64,000 nucleotides of DNA from contig JAHLTZ010000001.1 of assembly GCA_025786725.1 (NCBI GenBank), positions 124,001 to 188,000 of the forward strand, given 5' to 3'. A program made the position numbers and the translations under genes. This stretch comes from Syncephalis fuscata S228 (Eukaryota; Fungi; Zoopagomycota). Of this stretch, positions 12,551 to 26,245 are shown piece after piece. The notes beneath the pieces were generated by a model. That model saw nothing but the letters and a program-made list of their open reading frames with translations, was not told the origin of the DNA and made no database searches. The first letter of the stretch is position 1; every line of letters starts with the position of its first letter.

Positions 12551-13934
12551 TATGATAATAATTGCAAGCTTAAAAGTTGTGCGTAGTTATTGGTGCGTTT
12601 AGTCGATTTATCAGACTAGCTGTAATCAATGAAATGAAAATAGTGGTGTGGATTGCTGGAGAAGCTGTAGCTTTGTTGGGATGCTGAATCAACTATTGAC
12701 CAGATAAATTGCTGTGTATTTATACCCAATCTCGTAGTAACAGCTGCTAAGGTGTGTTTCATGGTTATAATTATGGCCAAGCGTGTCCTTATCTTCTAAG
12801 TCCTGAGTAGTGTAATAAACAACGTCTCTGACCACGCCATGCTAAAACATAACAGTCCTTAATAACATAATATTTGTTCCAGGTAATCAACCAGTTACCA
12901 CATTTTTATCAAAGCCACACTTTTGCATATTATATTGCCACAACTTGCTAATAGTATTTATGTGTTATAATTATATCGTTTATTCTTGGTATTAATGATC
13001 TTTTGCCAACAAATATATCAACACACCGATTAATGTGCTATATTGTAAAATTGGTTTTATTAATTATTGCATATTGCACGTTTCATATTCTTGCGGGATA
13101 CAAGTTTGCACTCGTTTTATTGCAGCAAAGTTTTGACCCAACCTTCACGGTACTAATTTGAAGTTTCATGTCTTGCTATTTACCAATTATAATCCATTGG
13201 CTTCAGTAAACCAGTACCAGGGCCAACTCCCATGAAATCATCTCGGTTATGTTTAGCACAATACTGCCATAGTTAGATGCTATTGATTTAAAGGTAGCTA
13301 TCCTTACTATGTATGTATTGGCTCAAGGCATTGTAGTAGACCAATAAACTGGTATTTTATAACTATGAAGGTTCCACGCGCAATGCAAACACAATACAAC
13401 TATTGATTGCAATAGATCCAATGGCTACAATGTGATGCTTTACATATTGCATTAACACACTTTGTTAGTGTTTTAATATTTGTTTACGATTCGCTTGTTG
13501 ATAAAAGCATATTGTATAATTTATTGTATTGTAGACATAAACAACTTTTAGATACAAGTAGTAGAAATAAATGGTGTTTATTGATATTTGCGCCGGATAA
13601 GTAACAAAAAAATGCCTTACTTGCTGTTACCGACAGTAATACGGAAAAGGTAGCCTTGAGTCTATCATTGATAGTGTCGCCAAGAATTTCAATCAATACG
13701 CACTTGTCATAAAAGTATCTATATTTAATAGATGCATTGCCAATATTCTTCCTATACCATGTACTCATTATTGCTATTAAACAGCTTTTGGCGATTGATA
13801 GCCAGATTAGCAATATTTAATTATAAATAAAAATGCCAGCACCATAGTCAATTGTCGATTCTAAATTATAAATAATGGCTATGATATGAATGTTAATAGC
13901 CTAATATTATAGCTATGCTACTATGGTAAAATGA

Positions 13935-14200
13935 TTAAAAAATACATTATATAATTGGACAATATGTCATATGCAAATAATTGTAAGAATAGTATACTGA
14001 ACATTAATACTAACACTAACAACAGTCGATTATTAGAAGATATAAGCGATAGATACTTTTTATTTGCGGACATATGATTAATCACATAAATTGATAATAT
14101 TGTTTTAATAATGAAACAATATGAAACGCTCAAGTTCTATTATTAGTTACATTTGCTATATAATGATAACTTTACTCACTATTAATAAATACATTGTTTA
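13935..14200. repeat. Diverged fragment of the palindromic element arm
   Basis: Colinear similarity to about 51832-52105: aaaaatacattatataattggacaa vs aaaaacttaccatataattagacaa; caagttctattattagtta...aataaatacatt vs caagctctactattggcta...aataaatacatt. Confidence 0.7.
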
Positions 14201-14473
14201 TAGTTTTATTTTATTGCTATCTAATGCTATGTGGGCTATTCGGTTTATTACCATTGAAATGGGATAATTAGTAAACAATGATGAATAATTTATTATTATA
14301 GCAATATTAGCTAATACTTTGTATTTCGAGCGTTAAACAAATGCTAACATTAGAATATAAATAAAAATATGATACTACATGATTATTTATGATACAAACT
14401 ATAAACAAGAGTTGTAACAACATCACATAAATTAGAAAACACAAACGCTGACATTAAAACAAAACGTATTTTA

Positions 14474-16231
14474 CTACTTTCTTAATACTGTACGCCATTC
14501 CATAAAACTATAATGATCCTCAGAACGCAAAAAAAATTCTCTCTTGCCACTAACATATACCCTCAGTGTATTTGCTGATTGGCCTGTGACTTCGGATGAT
14601 GCTAGAATTGCACTACTACTTAGAAATATTGTATCTCGATGAGCAAACGACCCATCTTTCTGACCCTTTAATGGCTCGACCAGTATTAGTCGATCGGATA
14701 AAAGCCAGGCATAAACACGCTTTTCAGCGTCTTGATTAGGCGTAGTCATCCAGAATTCACCACGATGAACTAACGTTTGGCCCAGAGACAGAAACGGATC
14801 AAATTGCCCTGCCAAACTACTTTGCAATCCAGCTATTTCTTCCGTATGATTAGCTCGTTCGACCCTAATTAATCAGCATTAATTACATGCTATTTATACA
14901 TTCTACTCCAATTACTTACCACGGACTAATACGTGCAACAAGCGCTTCCATTGTTTCAATACATCGATTTACTTCGATTGTATCACGCTCTGATATTACA
15001 CCATTCGAATCGCTGTAGCAATGGCGCATGTTTTGCACTTCTGTGCATTGTGTCAGTACTGTTTCAAAGAAACTAATATATTGGCTGACACGATCTATAG
15101 GCCGACGTAACAATGTGCGAATATCAATCCCGCCAGCTTGTAATGTACATTCCTAAAACACACTTGTATTAGATTTGTATAAAAACAATAATATATTATT
15201 GTTATTATTAATAATAATAATAACACACTTACCTCAACGGCACGTCGGAAAGAGTCATCGACAAAACAAAGATTTTCAAATCCGACCAAAGCCATAGAGT
15301 AATTGGCAGCTTGTGAAATATACACTTCAAATTCCTCCAATACCTAATAAAGATTTAATACAAATCATCAAATAGTATGGTCACTTACTCGTACACGTAT
15401 CAGTGCCGCCACCTCTGCAATACTTGCATTAAGCATGTGTCTATTAATAGACATTGACTAATTAGTATTCATCACACTAAAATAGATATTACTTACAGTA
15501 CTCTCAACTCTTCCAGTAGACAATGATGAATTGTCTTAATAGCCGGTAAATAACCGAATAAGCTACTAAGTGTGCGCATAACACCTCCAGTCGAATTCTG
15601 TGTCAAATGCATAAAGCCTACCAGGCTAAATCGTCGTCGGTGATTTACAGGGCCAGTTTGTCGTCCATTAGAAGATAGGTACCGGCGAGTCAGCGGCATC
15701 CAGAAAGCATCGCGCAGCAAATCCAACGCGCTAATATACGACGACTCGCGATCAATTAAACTTTGCAGCTGTACGGAAAACACGTTGGGTGCAGAACCAG
15801 TTGGCATATATCCTAAGATAGTCATGAGGACGACGGTTAAAGACATGCTGTGCAACCATTGCTCCATGAGGAAGCCCATTTTCGCCTTAACATTGCCCTT
15901 TTGCACAGTGTTCAAAATAGCCGATCCCCTCCCAATAGTGCTTGCCGTGCATTTGTACCAAGCCTCACTTACCTCCAGCATAACCGGTTCGTGTGTCTGA
16001 CGAGCAACGTCGACGGGACAATGGGACTACCGCTGCCGTTCCTGATGCTGATGCTGTGGATTTGACCTGCTTCTGAATGGCCTGTGCCACAAGCATTGCA
16101 CTTGGAACCAGCATCGCTTCGTTCATCGAAGCACGTCGGCGCGGTGTTTTGCAGCCGCTGACGGTAGACTCAACAACATGAATGGCCCGAGACGGCATGG
16201 AGTTGGTTAATTCTTCTCGCTGCATGTGCAA
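14474..16231 (-). CDS. Rho guanine nucleotide exchange factor (DH-PH), multi-exon; 5' structure uncertain
   Basis: DH motifs LQSLIDRESSYISALDLLRDAFWMPL and LLRRPIDRVSQYISFF; PH segment LVHRGEF...RVYAWLLSDRLILVEP...EWRTVL; short GT-AG introns between the ORF pieces. Confidence 0.8.
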
Positions 16232-17796
16232 GAAGATAGCAATTACAACTTGCAGATGTGCAAGTCACAAAATACGCACAACACACACACACGAACACGC
16301 AGACACACAGCGTGTAATAGTAATAAGCAACAAATAGAAACAAGGAGAGGAGCCGATAGTAGTATGCGTACAAGCTACTACCGGGAGTAAATCCAGCACA
16401 GCACGCTAATAAACGATTAGGTTTGCAAATAGTGGATACGACCTGCGTGCGTGTTGGAAAGGGGTGCCAGATAACGCGGCAAAGGTGCGGGCCGTGCGTA
16501 ACGGAAGATGGCAGCTAAAGCGTAAGGAGCCGTCTATATATTGGTTTAAAAGAAGAAGAGAAAAAACGAAGAGGAAATGAAAAAGGAAAGGGAAGAAAAA
16601 CGTAGTGTTTATAAGTAGAACAAGTTGTGTCTTGACTTGCTTCGCCACTCAAGTGACAATTAAGTCAGCGAGTCCTATTGATGTGCAGAGGCTGCTTGGC
16701 ACACTCGATAGTGTGCGATGCAGAATAGCGGCAGAGGCGTGTACGTTACCGATACTCAGTGCCTGAAACGATAACAGCGTGCGTACCACGACAGGTGTGT
16801 ATATACACGCACTTTTCTATGTCGTGGGTAATAATCAAGACGTACAGCACAGGAAAAGGGAAAGGAAAAGAAGACAAGACAATGGCCGTATAAAGAAATC
16901 AGTGGTATAGCAAACAAGCTCTAGTGCTGCAGACAAGTAGTAATGTATAAAAGAATGCTTAATAGTGGCAAGGAAAATAGGAAAAGGAAAAGGAAAACCG
17001 CGAAGCTTTGACTTGGTTGAGCAAGTGTCGGAGTAATAGCAAGCTACTAGGGAAACGTGGTGACCACACTACTATATGTTTATGTGTGTGTTTACGTGGG
17101 CGCTTTTAACGCAAATAGATAAAATATAACGAGAAAGGTAGTGAAAAATTCGAGCATCTATGGAGACGATGAGCCGTTTAATCCATCAATCCATTTATTT
17201 GCGTCGGTCGGTCTGTTGTGTGTCCGGTCGGAATTGCTGCCAATAGCAATGGATCTTTTACAATGATGCCAACTAAGCAGTGCCCAAACAGGCCATCTTG
17301 TCCTCGCTATCCAATAAAGAAGGCTCATGACATGCGGAGGCCTCAATCACCCTCATTATTGGACGTGGTATGGCAATTATTTCAACCTCCGCTTGTGTAA
17401 GAAAAACAAATTGGCGAAGCACGCTGAGCACTAAAAGCACACTGCATCCATCCAAATAGTCTTTGACATAATAGTCGACATATTCCATACTATAATTGCT
17501 ACTATTATTACACACTATGAATAGAATATACATATTCACACGCCATACACACACACGCGCACACACAATTATACACACAGTTATTTATGATCAAAAGCGT
17601 CAAACGATTGTCTACTGAAACATTTCCTTTTTTCTATTCATTAACTTTGTAGGACTGCTTTCGGTGTCAAAAACACATTCTATCAATAGAAAAATCTCCG
17701 AAATAAAAACCGAATATCAATTGATTTAGATCTGAATAGAGTCAAGTCATTTTACGTATTTGTTTTTTACTTTTTGTTTAGTCATTGTAAACGACG

Positions 17797-19629
17797 ATGG
17801 AAGAAAGTAGCAATCAGCGTTGTGATAGTCATAACTCGACTATAGTATCTAAGCCAATACAGTATGTCGAGTTAACAAACATAATTTGACACAGTATAGC
17901 GTCGGTATTATGGCGCTGATTCGTAATGCTTCGTTTATTGCTATGGATTGTGAATTTACAGGACTTGGTAAATCACAGCCTGGAACAAGAGCAACGTAAG
18001 TAAAAGGGCGTGTTAATAACTAAGCTCTATCTGTTATAGACTAACAATAGAGTAGCAATATTGAGGATAGATATGTAGCACTACGCAAATTGGTAGATAC
18101 TCATGCACTGGTAGCAGTGGGATTAAGCATCTTTATACAACGACCATTAAATGGTGAAGATGACGAGAAGATAAAGGAAATAATGTATGATGTACACGTA
18201 TTTCAATTACTTTTATGCTGTACAGTAAGTAATTTATGATATAATTGCATCATTTAATAATAGAATGATAATAGCAAGATTATATGGTTAGTCCCGAAAG
18301 TCTACGGTTTCTAGTCGACAATGGCTATGATCTTAATCGATTGGTACATGATGGTGTTCCTTATCAACCTATGACTGTAACAGAGGTAGGAAACTATATT
18401 TGGTTAAATTTATATTTATAATAATACTAGTTTAGCCAATAGTGCTATGTCACCTGCATCAAGACAATTAAAGAATATATTTGATACATTAGTTGTGGGC
18501 AGGTAGACCACTTGTACTGCATAATGGATTATTAGATCTATTATTTTGTATCATGGATTCTATGCACCATTACGAATAAATTGAATACATTTGTGGCTGA
18601 TGTAGTAGAAATGTTCCCAGGTGGCATTTGGGATACAAAATATACAGCTGATTATATTGATCGAGAACCGGCATCATTTCTAGCTTTGCTTTACCGCAAA
18701 TGGTTAGTATAGTATACACATAGATATATGTATATTGATATATATCGATGTAATTAATATTTATGAATTGCTATAGTGAACGGTTAAATGAACGACGACG
18801 ACAACAACAAGCGATAGAATTAAAGACCACAGCTGAAAATACGAACACTGTAGATATACTTATATCTCCTGTATTATCATCAAATGGTTGTGCCTACTTG
18901 TACCATTTCAAATCAATTACAAAGACTACAAATCTACCACAGACTAGTGTAGAATATTGTGAACAATACGCAGTAAGTAGCACTCATTATTAATAAAACA
19001 CCATTTATTAATAACAATGTATAGAATCATGGCTATTGTCCATTGGGTCGTCAATGTCCCAACTCACATTCGCTTGATACCATTCTGGATGCTCAAGAAC
19101 GAAAAACAAAACAGAAACGACCAGCCATTGTAAAAATGAAACATCAACCTGAACAAAATGGTAACAATGATATTGATAATGATACTCAATCTCACCATGA
19201 ATCAGTAAAAAGACGTCGACGAGGCGGTAAACACCATAATAAACAACAGCAATCACCATCAACATTATCTATTAATACTATAGATAATACAGTCACGACA
19301 TAACCATAAACAAAGCTGTCAATCTAGATAAAGAATTTATAACACTTATAGACAGCAACAACAACAACAATCAATGTACATGTTATCAACCAACTATTGA
19401 CACGGCCACTAATTATCATGCTGCCTATTTTGATGCTTATATGACTGGTTATTTACATGCTACGCAAAGACAAGCCCAACTAGAACAACAACCTAATCTA
19501 ACCGAGTCTCAACTACGTCAACTTATGGGCAATCGACTTTATTTGATTGGTAAAAGTATGCCTCTCCTAGTAGTGCGTAGTGCTTTGCCTCAACATCATC
19601 TGGTCATCGCTCTAGAATGGCCACTTTAA
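17797..19629 (+). CDS. TOE1: TOE1/Caf1z-type DEDD 3' exonuclease (CAF1 family) with CCCH zinc finger; multi-exon with frameshift errors
   Basis: Manual translation: FIAMDCEFTGLG, IEDRYVALRKL, SLRFLVDNGYDLN, LVLHNGLLDL, FPGGIWDTKY..D...REPASFL, CEQYA.HGYCPLGRQCPNSH, basic KRRRRGGK, HAAYFDAYMTG, NRLYLIGKSMPL. Confidence 0.85.
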
Positions 19630-19869
19630 AACCGTAACTATCAATATAAATATTCATAACATAACGTAAATTGTAAACCATGACACTATTTCTATTCATA
19701 TTAAATTTAAACATTTATAATAATGCTTATTTGAATCTCAAATAATGGTTTTATGTATTATCGCGCGCGTGTTAGAACGAGCGTTTGCGCGAAAAAGACA
19801 AATACCACGCAAATCAAGGTGCAAACGCTCTGTTTATAATGAAAACTAGATAATAAAACGATTCTACAT

Positions 19870-21651
19870 CTACTCTTCCTTTGACTTCTTCTTCTTCTTC
19901 TTCTTTTCTTTGTTTCTGCTTCGTCAGATTCATCAGCTTCATCGTGTGGCCGTTTCTTATCCTTCTTCTCTTTCTTTTCCTTCTTTTCCTTCTTTCCTTC
20001 TTTTCCTTCTTTTCTTCCTCTGGCTTGTCAACTTCCATGGCTGGTTCTTCCGTGCTCATGATAAAGTCTGTAGTAGCATTGTAGCCACCTGCTGCCTTTG
20101 GCTCAAATTTCTTCTGTGTACGCATGTTCTTGGCACCCTTGGCAGTAAGTTGAACACCTTCTAATTGACGTAGACGAGCATCAATCTTGGCACGAGCATC
20201 AATACCAACAGTTGGTTCTCTTCCTCACCTAGAGCATCTACACGTGCAGCAATAGAGCTCTTGGTAGCAACCATACGAGCAATCTAGATAATTGGTTATA
20301 TATATAGTATATATTATAGTATATTATACATTAATATTAATACTAACCTTGCCCTTGGATTTTGGAGCTGCTTGACCAACTAAGCTGGCATGGAAAATAA
20401 GACCATACTTTGGCGTGTCATGCTTTGTCTTCAATGCACGAAACAATGCCTTTTCAGCACCAAGGATTTGCACAGTTGAGGCTGGATACTTGGCCAATTG
20501 ACTAGAGAACCGGCATGTGAATAAGACGGGCACCCACCAATTCACCAACAATCGTGGTCAAATTAGGGGCAATAGCGTTCATACGATTCTTCAAGTATTC
20601 ATACAACTGTGAACGGTAATCGGTGATGGAAATGACTTGATCAACAGATGTGTAATGTTTTCAATGTCTTCTTCACTAATCTATTATAATAGATGTATTA
20701 GTATTACACTTTACACACAATAATAAACAAATACTGCATTACTTACCTCGGTACCCATAGAAATTTCAGCAGCCTCTTTAACTTCCTTTTCTAATTCTTC
20801 TGGTAGAACATCTGACAATCGGTGTCTTGGGCATGGTACGTACACCTAGTGGACAGTGGTATAGTAAGCAACTATAGCCGTGATACCATTGATTATAGAC
20901 TTACCCATGATCTTAACGACCTTGGCATAGGCCAGGTTATCTACGACAATTCTGGTCATCTCAGGGAAGTGCCAGCCATACCATTCCTTTACACGCATTG
21001 CGTAGGTGTTTAATTCTTTGTCAAGATCATCGAGCAAGGCAATAGCTTGTACAATCATGGTATCGACCTTATCAGGTGAGAACTTGAGCTTATAACGCGA
21101 CAATGAATGGGATAGACCCAATACCATGGCGTTCATGTCTGCCGATGGAACACCAGAGAGTAGCGACTCAAATTGAGAACGGATACCACGGTATAGTTCT
21201 AACACTGCACTATCAGTGGCTACTTTAATGCCAAACTTTTTGGCAATAGAACCACCTACGAATAACAATTAATTAGCTGCCATTATAATAGACAAATCGC
21301 AATACATACCAAGCTTAGAGTCGGCAACGGCCAAGCTCTCCTTCTTTAGCTCCTTCTCGAGATCTCTTGGCTAAGGAACTCCTTAAGACCCTTGGAGAGC
21401 TGCCTTCTACACGGCAGTAATGTCCGACAAAGCCTCAACGGTATTTTCAAATTTCTGGAATGCCTTAAGCTTAATCCTAAAAACCCAGTCACTAAGTTTA
21501 ATATCGCCGCAAGTAGAGTAAATTATACATACGTCTCATTAGCAATCTCAGGGTGGCAAAGGATGGTATAAATCCTCTGGCTTCTTTAGCTGCCATCATC
21601 GAGAAGCTTGAATAGCGCATAGCCCGCAGGCGTTTCGTAAAGTACGAGCAT
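19870..21651 (-). CDS. NOP58: Box C/D snoRNP core protein Nop58
   Basis: [12 protein letters not shown] start; [54 protein letters not shown]; [23 protein letters not shown] (Nop58- rather than Nop56-type); KKE-rich tail. Confidence 0.95.
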
Positions 21652-22018
21652 GATTTAGGTATGCAGACGACTGTACGTAAAAAGAGGACTGATACGTGAA
21701 TCCAAATGTCCAAGAAACGATGCCGACAGCTCAAAGAAAAAGAAAAGACGCCGAATCGTAAATTGGACCGGTGGCGGGCAAAATACACAGCAGAAAAAAG
21801 AAAAAAGCTGTACTTGGTCAGAATCACTTAGCTGACTTGACTCCGCCAGTGTAAAATAGTTTTGATTTACCAGTTTAATAACTATACACAGCAATAGTAT
21901 TGCTGTCACACGAATACAATATCAATGCTTTAGCAATAATTAATCATTGATAATGATGTGGTCACATCAAATACACGCAGACTACGTAATCTATCGGCTA
22001 CTTTCTAATATTATCAGT

Positions 22019-22779
22019 ATGTCTTCGGCGTAGTAAAAACATCTGGTGGTAAATCGGCTATTAGCAGATATGCCCAGCAATTGCTTGTTCGCTATCTTGT
22101 TGCACTAAATGAAAACCCATTGCGTACCAAGGCTATTACAGCTGGTATGCTTAATGGCATTCAGGAATTAGTAGCACAACTAGCAACACGGAAGTTCGCG
22201 CCCGCTGCTAGGTCAACAGCTACAGAAGCAAATGAAGCCCGTCGGCCAGCATCTTCACTTCCGTCGATGCACGTGTCATTAAAATGGCACTTTATGGTAA
22301 ATAGAGATATATGGTTAGAAGAAAAGATAGCTTGCTAACTAATAGCTATGACTACCAATTAGGATTTCTTGTTAGCGGCCCATTAACCATTATCTTTATG
22401 ATATTTGACTCGATTGGTTGCCGGTCGTAAAGGAGTACGCTACGTCATTGCTCAGCTTCTTGCAGCCAATTTGGTTATTGGACCTATACTTAATACAGGT
22501 AAATTATAACGATAAACATTGTTGATTATACTGATTATGGCATTTTTATTAGCCTATTATCGGCTATGCAGATTATTGCTGGACGTACACGCCCGATCAG
22601 ATTCGCACTGCTGTTCGACAGGGCCTGCCACCAATGATGCGTATAGTTGGCTACTTTTCCCGCTCGTACAGCTCAGTGCTCAACGCTATCTTCCACCACC
22701 ACTCTGGGTTCCATACTTTAATCTTGTTGGATTTGTATTTGGTGTCTACACAAATATCATAGCCAAGTTAAGAAAGTAA
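22019..22779 (+). CDS. Mpv17/PMP22 family peroxisomal membrane protein
   Basis: YLVALNENPLRTKAITAGMLNGIQELVAQ; GFLVSGP..H.LY; SWLLFPLVQLSAQRYLPPPLWVPYFNLVGFVFGVYTN; two introns plus frameshifts. Confidence 0.85.
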
Positions 22780-22879
22780 ATGTACCAATGTTTGTGCTTG
22801 ATTAATAAAGACACGTATTTACTATTACTATTATTGTTATACTGTTATTGCTATTATTATAAAGCAATGGCCTATTAAT

Positions 22880-24221
22880 TTAAACAAATAAACATTTATT
22901 ATTATTCTTTTCTTCTTCGGACGATGTATCATTATTCTTTGCTTCGCGTATAGCCGAACTAATATTACGTACAAACATCAAATATGCATAATTGGACCCA
23001 TATTCCATGTCATACCACCAATTAACGGCAACTGTCCGTCCTTGTTGCCTTACATGATGATACCACATCGATGGCAAAATAGAACATCGCCTGGATGACG
23101 GTCACGCTTAATGACTGTGCTTGTTTGTAGCGTGGATAGTGCTCGTTAATAAGCTGATCCGATACTTGTATTGGATCAATAGGAATCCATGGAATTTGTT
23201 CGTAAGGTTCTATGGGCAATAGTTCAAGTGTATTGGCATCATATTGTGCACGATCGTATAATCCTTCGTATAAACAAGGCTGGGATGTAGGTGGAAATAA
23301 TGTAAATTGTTTAGCACCTGAAATAACTGCATACAAATTTTCATATGGATCTTTGTGCAGTGACGTTACCGATCGACCAGTGCCCATCCAGAAATTGACG
23401 GCATCAGGCTGTTTACCTATTGTGTAATTGTAAGCTACAATTGGTATTATTAGCGGCGAGTTTACCTAAAGCAGTAGTAGCAAAATCGATATCAATAGGA
23501 ATATCATTGGCCAATGGTGCAAATTCACCACTTAAATTGCCATTTTGCGATTGTATATAGTGTACGCCAGGAAATGTTTGACGTGTTGCATTCCATGCTG
23601 CATCATTATCACCACCTAATTGATCTTTTTGTAAATCTACATCGTCTAATAAACCTTGATCAGCCAATTCGGCACGTAATATTTGTATAAATTGACCAAA
23701 TGACATTTGACGCTCGGCTGGTTCGGCAAACCAGCGATTGTCCACAACAGCATCGGCATATCCATGGGAGTGGCAGCCACTGTTATCTGCGTGCTCTTGC
23801 CAAGAATAGAGGCTAAGTAGCTATCCTTTTGCCAGCTATGCATAGCAGGCCAATTGTGCGTAACATCTAATAGCAATAAAGCCTATATTCAACAACTATT
23901 TACACGATACTGCCCCTTCAGCTTACTCTTAATAAGCACTGGACGATTAGCGGCGACAAATCGGTAAAACTCCAAAGGTGTTGGAGGATGATCAAGCACT
24001 TGAATGGTATCGGTACCGGCTAGTTCTATATTACAGAATGATATTCATTAAAAAGTATACAGGCTAGCATCATTGTTACCTTGTCCTGTAACAACTAATT
24101 CATCAAGGCTTGCTTCCAAATCATTGATAAGTTGTTGCTGCTGTTGTTGTCTCTTTTCCTTTCTTCTTCCATTGAAACAACCATCCATTAAAGCGTGTGT
24201 GTTTTCTAGTATGTCGCTCAT
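22880..24221 (-). CDS. JMJD7: JmjC (Cupin_8) hydroxylase, JMJD7 ortholog
   Basis: PPTPLEFYRFVAANRPVLI, ITVAATP, YIQSQNGNL, AVNFWMG...TSLHKDPYENLY, PSMWYHHVRQ, AVNWWYDM. Confidence 0.88.
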
Positions 24222-26245
24222 CAGTAAAATTGGGATAAAAATTTTATTTTATTTTTTGGGAATTAATCATCATCAGTTTTACTGTGAAATGTGTGATTTG
24301 CCAATATGGTGTAATGTCTGTTATTCGTTAGTAGGCACTAGGCGCACATGAACATTTTAACCAAGTATTAGCACGCTATTACAATAAAATGTTCTATTTC
24401 AATTTATATTCAATATTAGTAGTCATTATTGTATTATTGTAACGATTCTAGTTAATTCTTTGTATTATGAAATGATGAAAAATAAAAAGCACGGTAAACC
24501 ATACTCCATTATACTAAATATGCTGTCCATATACCTATGAGTGAATAGAAAGTATGCCACTTTGCCATACACTAAACTATCTTATACATTATATAATTTA
24601 ATACACCTTACTCACTTATTGCGTTATACACACTATAACTTCAACATTGCAATCGTACATCTTCCATTGTATATTCGTTATACCACATATCATTGTATTA
24701 TCTACTAATCAAAACCTATTATTAAAAGCCGTCTGCTCGCTGCCAAGTCCATTTGCTATAAAATTTAACTTATTTGCTTAACTTGCCCATACACATATCC
24801 ATACTATAACCTTAATGTGATTATTCACACAAGTATTGCCGTTAGTTTATTCAGTTCTATATTATTATATGTTTTAATATCTACACTCTATTAAAGCTAT
24901 TGTTTATTTAGCGCTAATTTTATCTGCTATGAATCTCGATTGGTTTTACCTATATCGTTGTCATGAGCATTATAACTTTGCAATAAATTATGCTAGTCTA
25001 ATTGATAAAATGCGACAACCATTAAACAAGTGTATGCAAATCTATAAAGATAGCCACGCGGATTTGCGAAGAAATGTTAAAATCAACTATATGTCCATTG
25101 TATATACCTAGGAATAACGCAAGACATATGGATAAAAGTGTCTACAATAGATGTTAAAGAAAAGTCCGGTGATTTATATTGCTGCATTTGGTAATAATAA
25201 TCAGTATTAACATTGCTGTTATTGTCACTAATGTTATTATTATCATTCCTGCAATCAGTAATTAGTATGTGAACTTGTATATACTTTATCAAACAAATCA
25301 CTCCATGTTGAACTGCCTCAATTCTATTTATTTTCACCATCCGTTGTATTGCTATAACTGCTTTAATTTATATGATCACTGTGACGTTAAAATACTATAA
25401 AAAACATTGTAACACAATTCTTTGCACTTATTTATGTTAGCACATGTATAACAACAGCATGCTATAAGTAGCCATGTGTATTGTAACTCGTAAATTACAC
25501 AACTGTCCAAATGACTTTGTGGCATGGCAACACATAACACAATGTAGCTATTTATCCCATGCCGCCACTCCATGCAATCTATTGTCAATCTATCGACATA
25601 TACGTCGGGCTGCTGATGTCAAGAATGATAAAAAGAAACTGCGCAGTTTAAAAGTATGTGTATTTTCCATCTTGATACTATTAGATCCCCGCGCGCCAAT
25701 AGCAATCCACTAGACTGCGCTAATATCCACTGCCTTGCACTGCCTTAAATGGCAATACTATTTGAAATGCAATTGCCGCCTTGTGACAGCATTCATATCA
25801 TTTTTGCTTTGCATGCTGTAAATAAAGAAAGCCGGTTTGGCTCATATGCCTTCCTTCCGACACTGTCTCGCCTCTGGTATTTCTTTGTCTACAATTTGTG
25901 TGTGCGTATTCTGCCGCTTACTTTATAATTCTACCTCTTGCTAATCATATCTAAATAGCTCTTTTCTTTGTGTGCTGGTAATCTCACACCCACTAATTAC
26001 TACTCATTAGTTGGCTATTACATCCTGTAAGCAATATAGCCATTGCTGTCGTCTTTATTACATTATATACAGTACTCTACAGTCATTAGTAGAGAACTTG
26101 GATAGTAATTTCCCTGCCTGTTTGTCTATTTGCTAGTGCTTGCGCTATATTTCTTTATTTCTCGTCATCTTAAGGCATAATAGCAAACTACTCTTATATA
26201 TATATATATATATATTATTTTATTACCTCTATCTCATAATACAGC

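Noticed and set aside
16240-17700. Short ORFs and (CA)n/purine tracts between the RhoGEF and TOE1 genes
   Set aside because: No recognisable protein motifs; looks like divergent promoter or 5' UTR sequence with microsatellites.
20284-21530. Intronic snoRNAs in NOP58
   Set aside because: Introns are only about 50-65 nt and show no clear C/D box pairs.
19870-24221. Pseudogenes or programmed frameshifting in NOP58, PMP22 and JMJD7
   Set aside because: NOP58 is essential, motifs are otherwise intact, and the shifts are single missing bases in short runs with no shared slippery-site signal; sequencing error is simpler.
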